A stretch of DNA of 64,000 bases, from NCBI GenBank assembly GCA_964524845.1, contig CAZGFX010000002.1, forward strand, positions 227,428 to 291,427, read 5' to 3'. The notes beneath the pieces are model-generated. The model was not told where the DNA came from. It was given only the letters and a program-made list of their open reading frames with translations, and ran no database searches. The stretch is from an uncultured Gammaproteobacteria bacterium (GTDB lineage: Bacteria > Patescibacteriota > Patescibacteriia > CAZGFX01). Shown here in pieces: positions 49,496 through 59,450 of the stretch; position 1 is the stretch's first letter; every line of letters starts with the position of its first letter. The translations under genes and the position numbers were made by a program.

Positions 49496-51604
49496 TTACG
49501 ATACTTTTGCCGTACCTCTCTTTTTTTGAATCTCGGCGAGAACGTTTGTTGGAACCTGATCATATCGCTCAAACTCCATAGTATAAGTACCTCGACCTTG
49601 CGTCATAGAACGAAGCGTTGTGGAATAACCAAACATCGAAGCAAGAGGTACTGTGGCTGAAATAACCTTATTTCCTCCTCTGTCTCCCATCGAACCAATT
49701 TGCCCTCTTTTCGAATTAAGATCACCAACAACAACGCCCATATAATCTTCCGGTGTAATAACTTCAATTTTCATCATTGGCTCGAGAAGTATAGGACGAC
49801 TCTTCATAAAAGCGTCTTTAAAACCAATAGATCCGGCAATTTTAAACGCATATTCACTCGAATCAACATCGTGATACGAACCGTCAAATACTGTGGCCTT
49901 AACATTAATAATTGGATATCCGGCAAGTTGTCCGGAATTAAGTGTTTCTTCAATACCCTTTCCAACTGCAGGAATATATTCTCTTGGAATAGACCCTCCT
50001 TTAATAGCATCAACGAATTCAAATGTTTTCTTTTTATCTTCTGAATCAGCATCATGAACGAGTGGCTCGAGTTTGATCCAACAGTGCCCATACTGACCAC
50101 GACCTCCTGATTGTTTTACATACTTTCCTTCTGCTTCAGCTGAAGAAGTGATTGTTTCACGATATGAAACTTCTGGTGCACCAACGTTTGCGTCAACACC
50201 AAACTCTCTCTTCATACGATCAACAATAATTTCAAGATGAAGTTCTCCCATACCGGCAATAATAGTCTGACTTGATTCTGGGTCAACTTTTACACTAAAT
50301 GTAGGATCTTCTTCCGCAAGTTTCTGAAGTGCAAATCCCATTTTCTCTTGATCGTTTTTTGTTTTGGCCTCTACGGCAATATGAATAACTGGTTCAGGAA
50401 ATGTAATTGATTCGAGAATAATCTGTTTATCAAGATCACAAAGCGTATGCCCGGTGAAAGTATTTTTGAGACCAATAACAGCAGCTATATCTCCTGATGG
50501 AACCTCATCAACTTCTTCTCTTTGGTTTGCATGCATACGAACAATACGACCAATACGTTCTTTGTTTCCTGTTGATGAGTTAAGTACGTATGAACCCGAT
50601 TTCAAAACACCTGAGTACACACGAACGAAAGTGAGACGACCAACAAAAGGATCTGTTGCAACTTTAAAAGCAAGAGCAGCTAGTGGCGCATCATCGTCAA
50701 CTTTAATTGGGTTTGTAATAGACGGGTCAGATACGTTGTGTCCGATCGGAGCCGCGATATCAAGCGGTGAAGGCAAATAATAATCAACCGCATCCAAAAG
50801 AAGTTGAACTCCTTTATTTTTAAGTGCCGAACCGCACAAAATCGGAATAAATTGATATGTAATAACACCTTTTCGAATAGCTTGTCTGATCTCATCTATT
50901 GTAAGAGATTCTCCTCCTAGATATTTTTCAAGAAGATGTTCATCAACGGAAGCAACAGCTTCAAGCATCTCTCCTCTATATTTTTTTACTTTTTCAATCA
51001 TGTCTGACGGGATATCTTCTTCTTTGCAAGTACCCATATCATCAATAAACATAAATGCGCGCTCAGTAACAAGATCAATAATACCCTTAAAATTATCTTC
51101 TATACCTATAGGAAGCTGAATTGGATGAGCACTTGTTGTAAGTTTTGAACGAATATCATCTATATCATAATAGAAATCGGCTCCTGTACGATCAAGTTTA
51201 TTTACAAAACAAAGACGTGGAACTTTGTACTTTTCTGCCTGACGCCATACTGTTTCTGTTTGTGGTTCAACACCCGAAACACCGTCAAAAACAACAACTC
51301 CTCCATCAAGAACACGAAGAGATCGCTCTACCTCAACTGTGAAATCTACATGTCCTGGGGTATCGATAACATTAATAACTTTATCTTTCCAAAAACACGT
51401 CGTCGCAGCAGACGTGATTGTGATACCACGTTCCTGCTCTTGTTCCATCCAATCCATTACGGCCTCTCCTTCATGCACCTCACCAATCTTATGAGTTTTT
51501 CCAGTATAAAATAAAATACGCTCGGACACCGTTGTCTTACCCGCATCAATGTGTGCAATGATACCAATATTACGCACTCTTTCCAAAGGATACTTCCTAG
51601 GCAT
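49496..51604 (-). CDS. fusA: Elongation factor G
   Basis: [28 protein letters not shown]; start MPRKYP at 51604. Confidence 0.99.
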   Translation of the reverse strand: MPRKYPLERVRNIGIIAHIDAGKTTVSERILFYTGKTHKIGEVHEGEAVMDWMEQEQERGITITSAATTCFWKDKVINVIDTPGHVDFTVEVERSLRVLDGGVVVFDGVSGVEPQTETVWRQAEKYKVPRLCFVNKLDRTGADFYYDIDDIRSKLTTSAHPIQLPIGIEDNFKGIIDLVTERAFMFIDDMGTCKEEDIPSDMIEKVKKYRGEMLEAVASVDEHLLEKYLGGESLTIDEIRQAIRKGVITYQFIPILCGSALKNKGVQLLLDAVDYYLPSPLDIAAPIGHNVSDPSITNPIKVDDDAPLAALAFKVATDPFVGRLTFVRVYSGVLKSGSYVLNSSTGNKERIGRIVRMHANQREEVDEVPSGDIAAVIGLKNTFTGHTLCDLDKQIILESITFPEPVIHIAVEAKTKNDQEKMGFALQKLAEEDPTFSVKVDPESSQTIIAGMGELHLEIIVDRMKREFGVDANVGAPEVSYRETITSSAEAEGKYVKQSGGRGQYGHCWIKLEPLVHDADSEDKKKTFEFVDAIKGGSIPREYIPAVGKGIEETLNSGQLAGYPIINVKATVFDGSYHDVDSSEYAFKIAGSIGFKDAFMKSRPILLEPMMKIEVITPEDYMGVVVGDLNSKRGQIGSMGDRGGNKVISATVPLASMFGYSTTLRSMTQGRGTYTMEFERYDQVPTNVLAEIQKKRGTAKVS

Positions 51605-51827
51605 ATACTTTCTTAAAAAATAATAATTACTAACTGACATTATTCATGTCATCTCGGATAAAGCGTGTAATACAGGGTTCGCTGTATTCGAGAAGACACA
51701 ATTTTTGGTTTTTTATAATAAGTAACAACAAGAGATATAAAAAGCGCGCTGCAATACGCAATAACCCAACGCGCCAAAAAATCATCAAAACAGTCAATTA
51801 AAACAATCGTTTCCCGTCTCTTTGTTT

Positions 51828-52292
51828 TTATGCAAAATGAGCAAATGCGCGATTAGCTTCAGCCATCTTATGAACGTCTTCGCGTTTTTTAATGGCCGCA
51901 CCCTGATTGTTCGACGCTTCGATAAGCTCTTGAGCAAGCTTCTCTGCCATTGCCGATCCTTTGCGTGAACGCACCGACTCAAGAATCCAACGCATTGCCA
52001 AAGCCAATTTACGTTCAGGATTTACTGGATAAGGAATTTGATAATTTGCGCCACCGATTCTGCGTCCTCTAACCTCAAGCGCGGGACCAACGTTCTGAAG
52101 CGCTGTTTCAAAAATTTCTAACGGATTTGATTTCGTTTTTTCGGAAATAACATCAAGAGCACCATACACAACTCGTTGTGCAGTGCTTTTCTTTCCGTTC
52201 TTCATTATTTTATTCACGAACTTCGTAATCGTTGTACTATTATATTTTGAATCAGGAACAACGACGCGTTTCGGAGCTTGTTTTCCTCTCAT
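51828..52292 (-). CDS. rpsG: 30S ribosomal protein S7
   Basis: RRIGGANYQIP, HKMAEANRAFAHF. Confidence 0.98.
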   Translation of the reverse strand: MRGKQAPKRVVVPDSKYNSTTITKFVNKIMKNGKKSTAQRVVYGALDVISEKTKSNPLEIFETALQNVGPALEVRGRRIGGANYQIPYPVNPERKLALAMRWILESVRSRKGSAMAEKLAQELIEASNNQGAAIKKREDVHKMAEANRAFAHFA

Positions 52293-52302
52293 AAACTTCT
52301 AA

Positions 52303-52725
52303 TTATTTAGGTTTTTTAGCGCCATAAAGTGATCTACCTTGTCGACGGCCATCAACACCCTGCGAATCATACATACCGCGAACAATGTGATATCGGACAC
52401 CAGGCAAATCTTTTACACGACCTCCTCGAATCATAACGATCGAGTGTTCCTGCAAATTATGCCCGACTCCAGGAATATATGCCCACACCTCCATACCATT
52501 TGAAAGCTTCACACGAGCGACTTTTCGAAGCGCAGAGTTTGGTTTTTTAGGTGTCATTGTAGTCACCTTGACGCAAACGCCACGTTTAAATGGAGCCCCG
52601 CCATCACCGACAATCTGTTTTTTTGTACGATGCAAAGTATCAAGATTCCACTGCAAAGCAGGAGATTTTGACTTCCACACCGGAGACTTTCTTCCTTTCT
52701 TTATAAGCTGATTAATTGTTGGCAT
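52303..52725 (-). CDS. rpsL: 30S ribosomal protein S12 (long form)
   Basis: [29 protein letters not shown]. Confidence 0.99.
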   Translation of the reverse strand: MPTINQLIKKGRKSPVWKSKSPALQWNLDTLHRTKKQIVGDGGAPFKRGVCVKVTTMTPKKPNSALRKVARVKLSNGMEVWAYIPGVGHNLQEHSIVMIRGGRVKDLPGVRYHIVRGMYDSQGVDGRRQGRSLYGAKKPK

Positions 52726-52775
52726 ATATACACTTCGGTTAATTAATACTAAAAACCTTAATTAATAACGCGGGT

Positions 52776-52804
52776 AGAATATCACTCGTTTCCTCGCCTG
52801 TCAA
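52776..52804 (-). promoter_or_regulatory. Sigma70 promoter of the str operon
   Basis: TTGACA-17 bp-TATTCT on the minus strand upstream of rpsL. Confidence 0.7.
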
Positions 52805-52922
52805 CTCTTTTTGTTGTTATTATGGGTAAAAATAAGCATATGTAATTTTATACATGGAATTGCAAAACATCACTCAAAAACGGCTTGTTTACTTAATTTC
52901 TCAGTGTTTCCTTATATTATTA

Positions 52923-52951
52923 TTGACAAGAAACAGGAAACACTATATATT
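52923..52951 (+). promoter_or_regulatory. Sigma70 promoter for the ORFan trio
   Basis: TTGACA-17 bp-TATATT. Confidence 0.65.
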
Positions 52952-53018
52952 CTAATGATAATAATTAACCAAAAAACTAAAAAATAACCGCCATATTTAC
53001 ATGGCAAGGAGAATTGAA

Positions 53019-53426
53019 ATGAAAAAAACAATACTAAAATCTGTTAGTTTAATTGTTTTGATCGGAATTATCTTTTTGGTAGGCAGACTTACTGCACCAA
53101 ACTACGACGAATCTTCCAAAGAAATAAATGGCTTATTCTATTTTTTTGCTTGTGTGTTTGCCGGATCGTCTATTATTTCTCTGTATATAATGCATGAGAC
53201 AAGTACAAAGATTACGATAGAATACTCTCGTTTATTAATAGTACTTATACTATTGATGGTATTCGTGTTTATTATTGAAATTTATTTTTCAAACAAAACA
53301 ATTATTTCATCATACGAGTTTGGATCGCGACCACTAATATTGTTTTTAACGAGTATAATATCGTCTGGCGGTTTGTGCTTGGTCGTAAAATACTGGATTG
53401 TAAAAAAACACTCAATAACTAATTAA
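53019..53426 (+). CDS. Hypothetical 4-TM membrane protein
   Basis: Four hydrophobic segments; AAGGAG precedes ATG 53019. Confidence 0.6.
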   Translation: MKKTILKSVSLIVLIGIIFLVGRLTAPNYDESSKEINGLFYFFACVFAGSSIISLYIMHETSTKITIEYSRLLIVLILLMVFVFIIEIYFSNKTIISSYEFGSRPLILFLTSIISSGGLCLVVKYWIVKKHSITN

Positions 53427-53494
53427 CGTTCTTTAAATTAAAAGGGGTTTAACGTGAAAAATGTAAGAAAATAAAAAAAGTTAAGGAGAAAATA

Positions 53495-53749
53495 ATGAGC
53501 AAAAAAATAGTTATATCTCGTTTCGGAGAATCTTTAGAAGTCGACACATCAGATAATGCCTGTAGTAAATTTGGCTTTAAACACGGCGACCGTATCATCG
53601 ACAACAGTGGTTACAAAAGCACTGTCATAGGGGTTGCTGTAAGTAGTATTACGAATGAAACATTATGGTACGCCCGCGACTGCGATAACGGCAGGGTTAG
53701 CTACTATGAACCATGGGCGGGTGCCAATTTTTCGCTAATTCCTTCCTGA
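53495..53749 (+). CDS. Hypothetical small protein (possible SH3/KOW-like beta fold)
   Basis: 84 aa, FGFKHGDRI...TVIGVA...LWY; AAGGAG upstream. Confidence 0.65.
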   Translation: MSKKIVISRFGESLEVDTSDNACSKFGFKHGDRIIDNSGYKSTVIGVAVSSITNETLWYARDCDNGRVSYYEPWAGANFSLIPS

Positions 53750-53895
53750 TTTCGAGACTCTAATTTTTCTTTCAAGTTGTTGATTGCCATCGTACGATCG
53801 ACAACTTTATAAGAAAAGTTTGCAAAAAAATAAATTAAACCATCAAAAATAAATAAAAAAATAACCACCACATTTACATGACAAAGGAGATTGAC

Positions 53896-54249
53896 ATGAA
53901 ATATCAAAATGTATTTCTATGGCTAGCGTTTATTTTTCTAATTGTCTTTATCGGACTAATATTTACCAAAAAACTATTAGGAAACGAGGAGCTGCACGCT
54001 TCACTTATGATTTTTTCTTTGATAATGATTGTAATTTGTATTTTTGCTCCAATGTTCATTGCAGAAAAAAAACTCAGTTATAGTGCACTTATAATCACAC
54101 TAGCAGTCGGGATTCCCCTCGTACTTTTGGGCGATTATCTGTTATTAATATCAGATGGAAAATTCTATTATATGTGCGTAGGGATTCTGTTTTTTTTCGG
54201 AACGTTTATTCTAGTAGAACGACTTGCTCAAAAAACCAAATCACAATAA
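53896..54249 (+). CDS. Hypothetical 4-TM membrane protein
   Basis: Four hydrophobic segments; AAGGAG precedes ATG 53896. Confidence 0.6.
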   Translation: MKYQNVFLWLAFIFLIVFIGLIFTKKLLGNEELHASLMIFSLIMIVICIFAPMFIAEKKLSYSALIITLAVGIPLVLLGDYLLLISDGKFYYMCVGILFFFGTFILVERLAQKTKSQ

Positions 54250-54371
54250 TTTTTCTTTTAATTCGATAAAACAAAAAATCGCTAAGTTAAAAAACAAGGC
54301 GGTTTTTTATTTCGGAAAAATAAAAAAACAACCTGTGATATGTTTTCAGTAGGTTGTTTTTTAATAAGTAT

Positions 54372-54656
54372 CTATTCACTAAACTCATCAGCTGTTACAT
54401 CATCAAGAGAATCTTTTGATACATCTTTGAATAAGTCATCGACTTCTTTTGTAAGATCAGACACTTCTTCTGGGGCGCCTGATGTAACAGATGGAGTTGT
54501 CTCTTTTGTGTCTTCTATTATATTAGTTTCTGTTTTCTCTGTTGCCTTCACATCATCTTGTTTCTGGTTTTTTTCTACCATACCACATCCTGTTAATCCA
54601 CCAACAACTACAACGATCAAAAACATGGCAATTGATAAAAATAATGTTTTTTTCAT
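54372..54656 (-). CDS. Small acidic lipoprotein
   Basis: Lipobox LTGC, low-complexity acidic body. Confidence 0.7.
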   Translation of the reverse strand: MKKTLFLSIAMFLIVVVVGGLTGCGMVEKNQKQDDVKATEKTETNIIEDTKETTPSVTSGAPEEVSDLTKEVDDLFKDVSKDSLDDVTADEFSE

Positions 54657-54684
54657 ATTTGTATAAATTATTATTTGATTTTAA

Positions 54685-55413
54685 TTATTCTTGAGTTCCT
54701 GTCGTTGTTCCTGTGTTTTCTGTTGTTTGTGCTGAAGAACCCGCTTCAGTTGAACCAGTTGGTGTTGTTGTGGTTGTTGTATCTGTAACAGGAGTTACCT
54801 TCTGACTCTTTATCGAGACGAGGTGTTCTGCAATAACTTTGTGTAGTGCAACAACTTTTTTGTTTATATCCCTAACACCCTGCAACTCTCCTCGCGCAAT
54901 ATCTATTTTTCCTTTGAATTGTCCCTCACTTTCTCCACAAGTCAGATCTTTTGATGATTTAAGAGTGTCGATAAATTTAGCGTATGCGGTTTTCATTTCG
55001 TTTATATATCCTTCGAGAGTAGTCACATCTCCTTGAAGCAAAGACGCATCATACCCTTTTTCCGATAATCGAGTAATCATTGTGGTAAGACGTGTATGTA
55101 TTTTATCAAGTCGTTGTAAACGAAGTGTTTGTCCATCATCGTATTTTGTAATTCGGGTATCAATGCGCCTACCAGCATGTTCGCAAAGTTTTGTTTTTAC
55201 TTTTTCCTTTATCTCGGCCTTCTTTTCTTCGAAAATTGTTTTTAATTCAGCGCGCTTTTCTTTCGCGTCTTCACGAATTTCTTGTATTTTTGTTTTTGGT
55301 GAATCAGTCGTCGATTCATCGATGACATCTTCTGCTGACACACGTATGGCAGTACCTAGAACCAGTGTTAATACGCTTATCGGCAAAAGATAAAAAGCAA
55401 CAGTTTTTTTCAT
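54685..55413 (-). CDS. Secreted helical/coiled-coil protein with Thr-rich tail
   Basis: Signal peptide, amphipathic helices, Cys pair, poly-Thr tail. Confidence 0.75.
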   Translation of the reverse strand: MKKTVAFYLLPISVLTLVLGTAIRVSAEDVIDESTTDSPKTKIQEIREDAKEKRAELKTIFEEKKAEIKEKVKTKLCEHAGRRIDTRITKYDDGQTLRLQRLDKIHTRLTTMITRLSEKGYDASLLQGDVTTLEGYINEMKTAYAKFIDTLKSSKDLTCGESEGQFKGKIDIARGELQGVRDINKKVVALHKVIAEHLVSIKSQKVTPVTDTTTTTTPTGSTEAGSSAQTTENTGTTTGTQE

Positions 55414-55544
55414 AGAAAATTAAATATTTATTTACTATAGAAGTATCACTTCTGCATATATAATATCACATAATTTTTGTTTAATAAAAAAACGCCCATA
55501 TGGACGATTTCTTATTAAATTATTGAACGTTTATTTGTAAATAA

Positions 55545-56195
55545 TCAAAATACAGACGGCAAGAAACTGAGAACAAAATTAATCGCTCCACTGAAAAGTC
55601 TTGAGAAAAGACTTATTCCAACAAAACGATCTACCAATATAAGTCCGAGAATAATCCAAGGACCATTCTTTTCAAAACTGCGTTTGAATGAGTCAAGTGA
55701 TGATGGAAGATAATCGAGTAATACTCGAGATCCATCAAGAGGTGGAATTGGAATAAGATTAAAGAGCGCGAGCACTAGATTTATAACAATGAGAAATACT
55801 ATAAATTGAGCGAGCATATTATCAACAGTAATAATTTCAAAATGGAAAAGTGCTCGCGCGAGTATTATGAATACAACAACAGCAATTAGGTTTGCCGCAG
55901 GCCCGGCCAAAGCCACTAGACTCGGGCCATGCTTTCCTGTTCGAAGTTTGTTAGGATCATATGGCACGGGTTTGGCCCAACCAAATCCCAAAAAAACAAA
56001 CATAAGAAAACCCCAAGGATCTATATGAGCAAGAGGATTCATAGTTAGACGACCATAATATTCAGCTGTTTTATCTCCTTGTATATAACCCAGAAGCGCA
56101 TGAGCATATTCATGAATCGTCATAGCAAAAACGATTGCGATCATCCAGATCACAAATAAAATGGGGTTTGTTTCCAATAATCCAAGTGGCGACAT
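55545..56195 (-). CDS. Site-2 protease family (M50) intramembrane metalloprotease
   Basis: HEYAH, GWAKPVP, AGPAAN, FNLIPIPPLDG. Confidence 0.95.
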   Translation of the reverse strand: MSPLGLLETNPILFVIWMIAIVFAMTIHEYAHALLGYIQGDKTAEYYGRLTMNPLAHIDPWGFLMFVFLGFGWAKPVPYDPNKLRTGKHGPSLVALAGPAANLIAVVVFIILARALFHFEIITVDNMLAQFIVFLIVINLVLALFNLIPIPPLDGSRVLLDYLPSSLDSFKRSFEKNGPWIILGLILVDRFVGISLFSRLFSGAINFVLSFLPSVF

Positions 56196-56257
56196 CTTGA
56201 CTCTATTATATAATTACTCTATTATAATACCATTAATTCGAGGTTTGAAGAAAGTCT

Positions 56258-56488
56258 ATGGCAAAAAAATCAGAGCTTACAGGCAAAAAACCGCGTACGA
56301 TGAATCAGCGGAGCCACTCAATGAACGCAACAAAGCGCGTACAGGGTATTAATTTACAGACGATTCGGGTCGAGGGAAAAAAAATATGCGCTACCGCACG
56401 CGAGATAAAAGCGATAAAGAAAATGCTTGCTGAGAATATTCCATTCTCAAAAATCAAGAAAATGTATAACAAGGCTGTTATAGCATAA
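56258..56488 (+). CDS. rpmB: 50S ribosomal protein L28
   Basis: ELTGKKP...RSHSMNATKR...NLQ. Confidence 0.9.
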   Translation: MAKKSELTGKKPRTMNQRSHSMNATKRVQGINLQTIRVEGKKICATAREIKAIKKMLAENIPFSKIKKMYNKAVIA

Positions 56489-56820
56489 TCGCAACACGTA
56501 CACGCCACAGACAGGATCTCTCCTGTCTTTTTGTTTTGCAATAATTAGAAACGTGTCGAAGACACGTGTCAAAGAAATGAAAAACAACCCCGCAAAGCGA
56601 TAGCGTGCGGGGTATGTAGAGATATTTTTGGATGAAAAGGATAAGCGACTTGTTCGAGAGAACATAAAAATCATATGAATTATAATGCGAACAGAAGTGC
56701 TCGCGTTAAAGTGGATGAGACCTCTCCCTGACATGCGTCAGGGCAAGCATATTCGTTCGAGGTGACAAAGTTGGTCGAGGTGACAAGTCCCGCCGAGCGT
56801 CAGCGATGACGGGATATTAA

Positions 56821-57004
56821 CAATGTCATCCTGAACAATGTCATCCTGAATAATGCCATCCTGAACAATGTCATCCTGAACAATGTCATCCTGAACAATG
56901 TCATCCTGAATTTATTTCAGGATCTATGTATCTGTTTCAGGATCTGTGTATCTATTTCAGGATCTGTGTATCTGTTTCAGGATGAAATTATTTCACAGGG
57001 TAAA
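56821..57004. repeat. Tandem REP half-sites (6 x 15 bp, then about 3.5 x 20 bp) ending in the GIY-YIG element terminal repeat
   Basis: (CAATGTCATCCTGAA)x6, (TTTCAGGATCTRTGTATCTR)n, then TTATTTCACAGGGTAAA at 56988-57004. Confidence 0.85.
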
Positions 57005-57024
57005 TTCATAATTTTTCTAAAATC

Positions 57025-57070
57025 AAAAACCCCGTAGCAAAAAATAACTAGATAAATATGCTACGGGGTT
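57025..57070 (-). terminator. Terminator-like hairpin for a minus-strand transcript
   Basis: AACCCCGTAGCA...TGCTACGGGGTT followed by a T-run on the minus strand. Confidence 0.55.
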
Positions 57071-57506
57071 CAACCTATACCTATATACACGTCTGAGATA
57101 CGTATTACTATCTATACGAATAAGCTTTTGGATGAGGATTTGGGATTCGATCAGTTAGCCTCCATCTTTTTATGTGTACAAAATCTTTTCGACATTGGAA
57201 GTTTTCGGATCTTATGAAATAAGTTCTCGGACCTCCTTATGTGCCTAAAAACGATTTTGTAACGTGCCTATATATCGCCCGCATAGGAAGTTTAGTACAC
57301 GAACGAAACAATGGCATAAGTAAATATTGCTTGAAAAGTAACCACGGATTCCAAATGCACTCATCCACTATAGGTTTACGCCCACTTACAAAAAATTACA
57401 AATGAGAAAATCACCGTTTTGTACCCTGTTATGCACTTCTTATTTTTCCGCTAAAATAACATCTTTTAAAACAAGTTTATAATCATTATTTAACGAATAA
57501 AAAAAA

Positions 57507-57696
57507 CAAACAGGAGAATTTAGTAGGGTGATTATCCCCGGGAAATACCGAGGCACCGGTATAAGGCAGTGTTAGCCGCCTGATACTGGCGATCGCCTCA
57601 TGTGGCCGCAAAGCATGGTCTAAGACCACACAAACTTTAAGCCGCCAATCAACGATGTTGTAGAGAAATCACAGTTCTAAATCAAATCCTGTTTGC
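57507..57696 (-). ncRNA. Candidate 6S-like RNA (~190 nt)
   Basis: End-to-end pairing (CAAACAGGA/TCCTGTTTG, GATTTAG/CTAAATT, GTGATT/AATCAC, TGGCGG/TCGCCA, TGTGTGGTC/GGCCACATG), central bubble, TATACT just upstream, U-run just downstream. Confidence 0.55.
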
Positions 57697-57912
57697 ACTT
57701 AAAGTATACACCTTCCAGTCTGTTTTTTAAGATCGGGAAAATCCCTATTTTCAGTCATTGTTCAAAAGTTATCCACCTTGTGTTTTTTTTTTGCTTAAAT
57801 ACACGCTTTTCCAATATAAAAACTCGAAAAGTCTCTGTTTTGACCAATTTATATAAATCCGTTATCATCTACCATACTATTATCATATTAATTAAGTTAA
57901 AAAATCGAGTAT

Positions 57913-58506
57913 ATGAAAACAGAGAGAACACTTGTGATTATAAAACCAGATGGAGTACAACGTGGATTAATGGGAGAAATAATAAGACGAATAGAACAAA
58001 CGGGCTTAAAATTTGTTGCATTTAAATTTCTCGTTCCAACAGAGGAACAGTGCTGGACACATTACAACAAGGCTGACGCGTGGTTTGAAGAAAAAGGTGC
58101 ACGAATAATGAAAAACAAACAAGAACTTGGACTTCCTGTTGAAAAAACCGCACGAGAATATGGACAAGATATTATACGAAACAATGTTAAATTTTTTACA
58201 TCCGGACCGCTTCTTGCCATGGTTGTCGAAGGAAATAAATCAGTTGGTGTTGTGAAAAAATTAGTCGGAACTACTGAACCACTCACATCTGATGTTGGAA
58301 CAATCCGTGGAGATCTCACAATTGATTCGTACGACCTTGCGGAACTAGATGGAAGACCGGTGAGAAATCTCGTTCATTGCACAGATGATCCAAAAGAATC
58401 TGACAGAGAAATATCAATCTGGTTCAAACCGGAAGAGATGATCAATTATTATCTTATTGGAGAAAAAATCCTTTACGACATACAACTCGAGGGATTGTTA
58501 AAATAA
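57913..58506 (+). CDS. ndk: Nucleoside diphosphate kinase
   Basis: ERTLVIIKPDGVQR, GTIRGD, RNLVH. Confidence 0.96.
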   Translation: MKTERTLVIIKPDGVQRGLMGEIIRRIEQTGLKFVAFKFLVPTEEQCWTHYNKADAWFEEKGARIMKNKQELGLPVEKTAREYGQDIIRNNVKFFTSGPLLAMVVEGNKSVGVVKKLVGTTEPLTSDVGTIRGDLTIDSYDLAELDGRPVRNLVHCTDDPKESDREISIWFKPEEMINYYLIGEKILYDIQLEGLLK

Positions 58507-58515
58507 AAAAATACC

Positions 58516-58547
58516 AAAAAGATACGTTTTCAACCGTATCTTTTTTA
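58516..58547 (+). terminator. Bidirectional terminator after ndk
   Basis: AAAAAGATACG...CGTATCTTTTTT. Confidence 0.7.
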
Positions 58548-58595
58548 TTTTCCAATAACTTTAATCCATCAGTAAAAACTTATTTTTAATTGTTC

Positions 58596-59450
58596 TTAAA
58601 AATGTAGCTCATACCTGTCACTATATATTCTAAAAACAATCGTTCCTTTTTCATCTGTGCGTAATATTTTTACTCCGCGCTTAAGAAGACGTTCAACTGC
58701 TTCAGCATGAGGATGACCATATGAATTTCCAATTCCAACTGATATTACAGCATACTCTGGCTTCGTCAAAGAAAGAAACTCATCTGATGTTGATCCCTTG
58801 CTTCCATGATGAGCCACTTTCAATATATCAACATCGGGAATAAGCGAATTATCAATGTTCGACTCTTCCGTAATCGGCAAATCACCTGTCAGAAGAATTT
58901 TTGAGTCTCCATATTCAACGAGCACGACAATTGAGAGATCATTCAAATCCTCCGGGCGGCGCGGCGGCGGACTTTTTGGATGAAGCACTGTCAAACGAAC
59001 TCCGTCAATCTCATACACATTACCTGCATATGGGGCAATAATACGAGCACCTTCTTCTTTTAATGCATCTTCATATACAGAATAAGACGATGAGCCATCT
59101 CCATCGGTGTTTTCAAGAATATTCTTTACATTATATCTATCCAAAACTTCTATAAGCCCTATATAATGATCCGTATGAGGATGTGTCAATATCATCAAAT
59201 CAATATCTCTATCATATAAAGACATCTTCCTTCCTATACTTTGTATACAACGAAGATCAGGACCTCCATCAATAAGAATACTTTTATGATGAGGGGTTAT
59301 TATTAATGTTCCGTCGCCATTTCCTACATTAAAAAATATAATCTCGGTATATGAGCGATTTAGTGTAAAATGAGCATGAACCGCCGCGCCGCCCGCACAG
59401 AGTAAGCTCAAAATACATATGATAATTTTCTTTTTATTAAAATGAAACAT
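58596..59450 (-). CDS. ComEC-type metallo-beta-lactamase-fold nuclease (stand-alone)
   Basis: NVGNGD, LIDGG, THPHTDH, LTGD, KVAHHGS, NSYGHP. Confidence 0.92.
   Translation of the reverse strand: MFHFNKKKIIICILSLLCAGGAAVHAHFTLNRSYTEIIFFNVGNGDGTLIITPHHKSILIDGGPDLRCIQSIGRKMSLYDRDIDLMILTHPHTDHYIGLIEVLDRYNVKNILENTDGDGSSSYSVYEDALKEEGARIIAPYAGNVYEIDGVRLTVLHPKSPPPRRPEDLNDLSIVVLVEYGDSKILLTGDLPITEESNIDNSLIPDVDILKVAHHGSKGSTSDEFLSLTKPEYAVISVGIGNSYGHPHAEAVERLLKRGVKILRTDEKGTIVFRIYSDRYELHF

Noticed and set aside
56821-56983. Possible CRISPR array
   Set aside because: Units are head-to-tail with no unique spacers; no cas genes in the window.
57600-57630. c-di-GMP-I riboswitch (CGCAAAGC...GGTCTAA resemblance)
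   Set aside because: The upstream GAAA-tetraloop stem is missing; the segment is better explained as the apical stem of the minus-strand rod RNA.
57693-58025. 110-aa plus-strand ORF before ndk
   Set aside because: TTG start, overlaps ndk out of frame and covers promoter-like AT-rich DNA.
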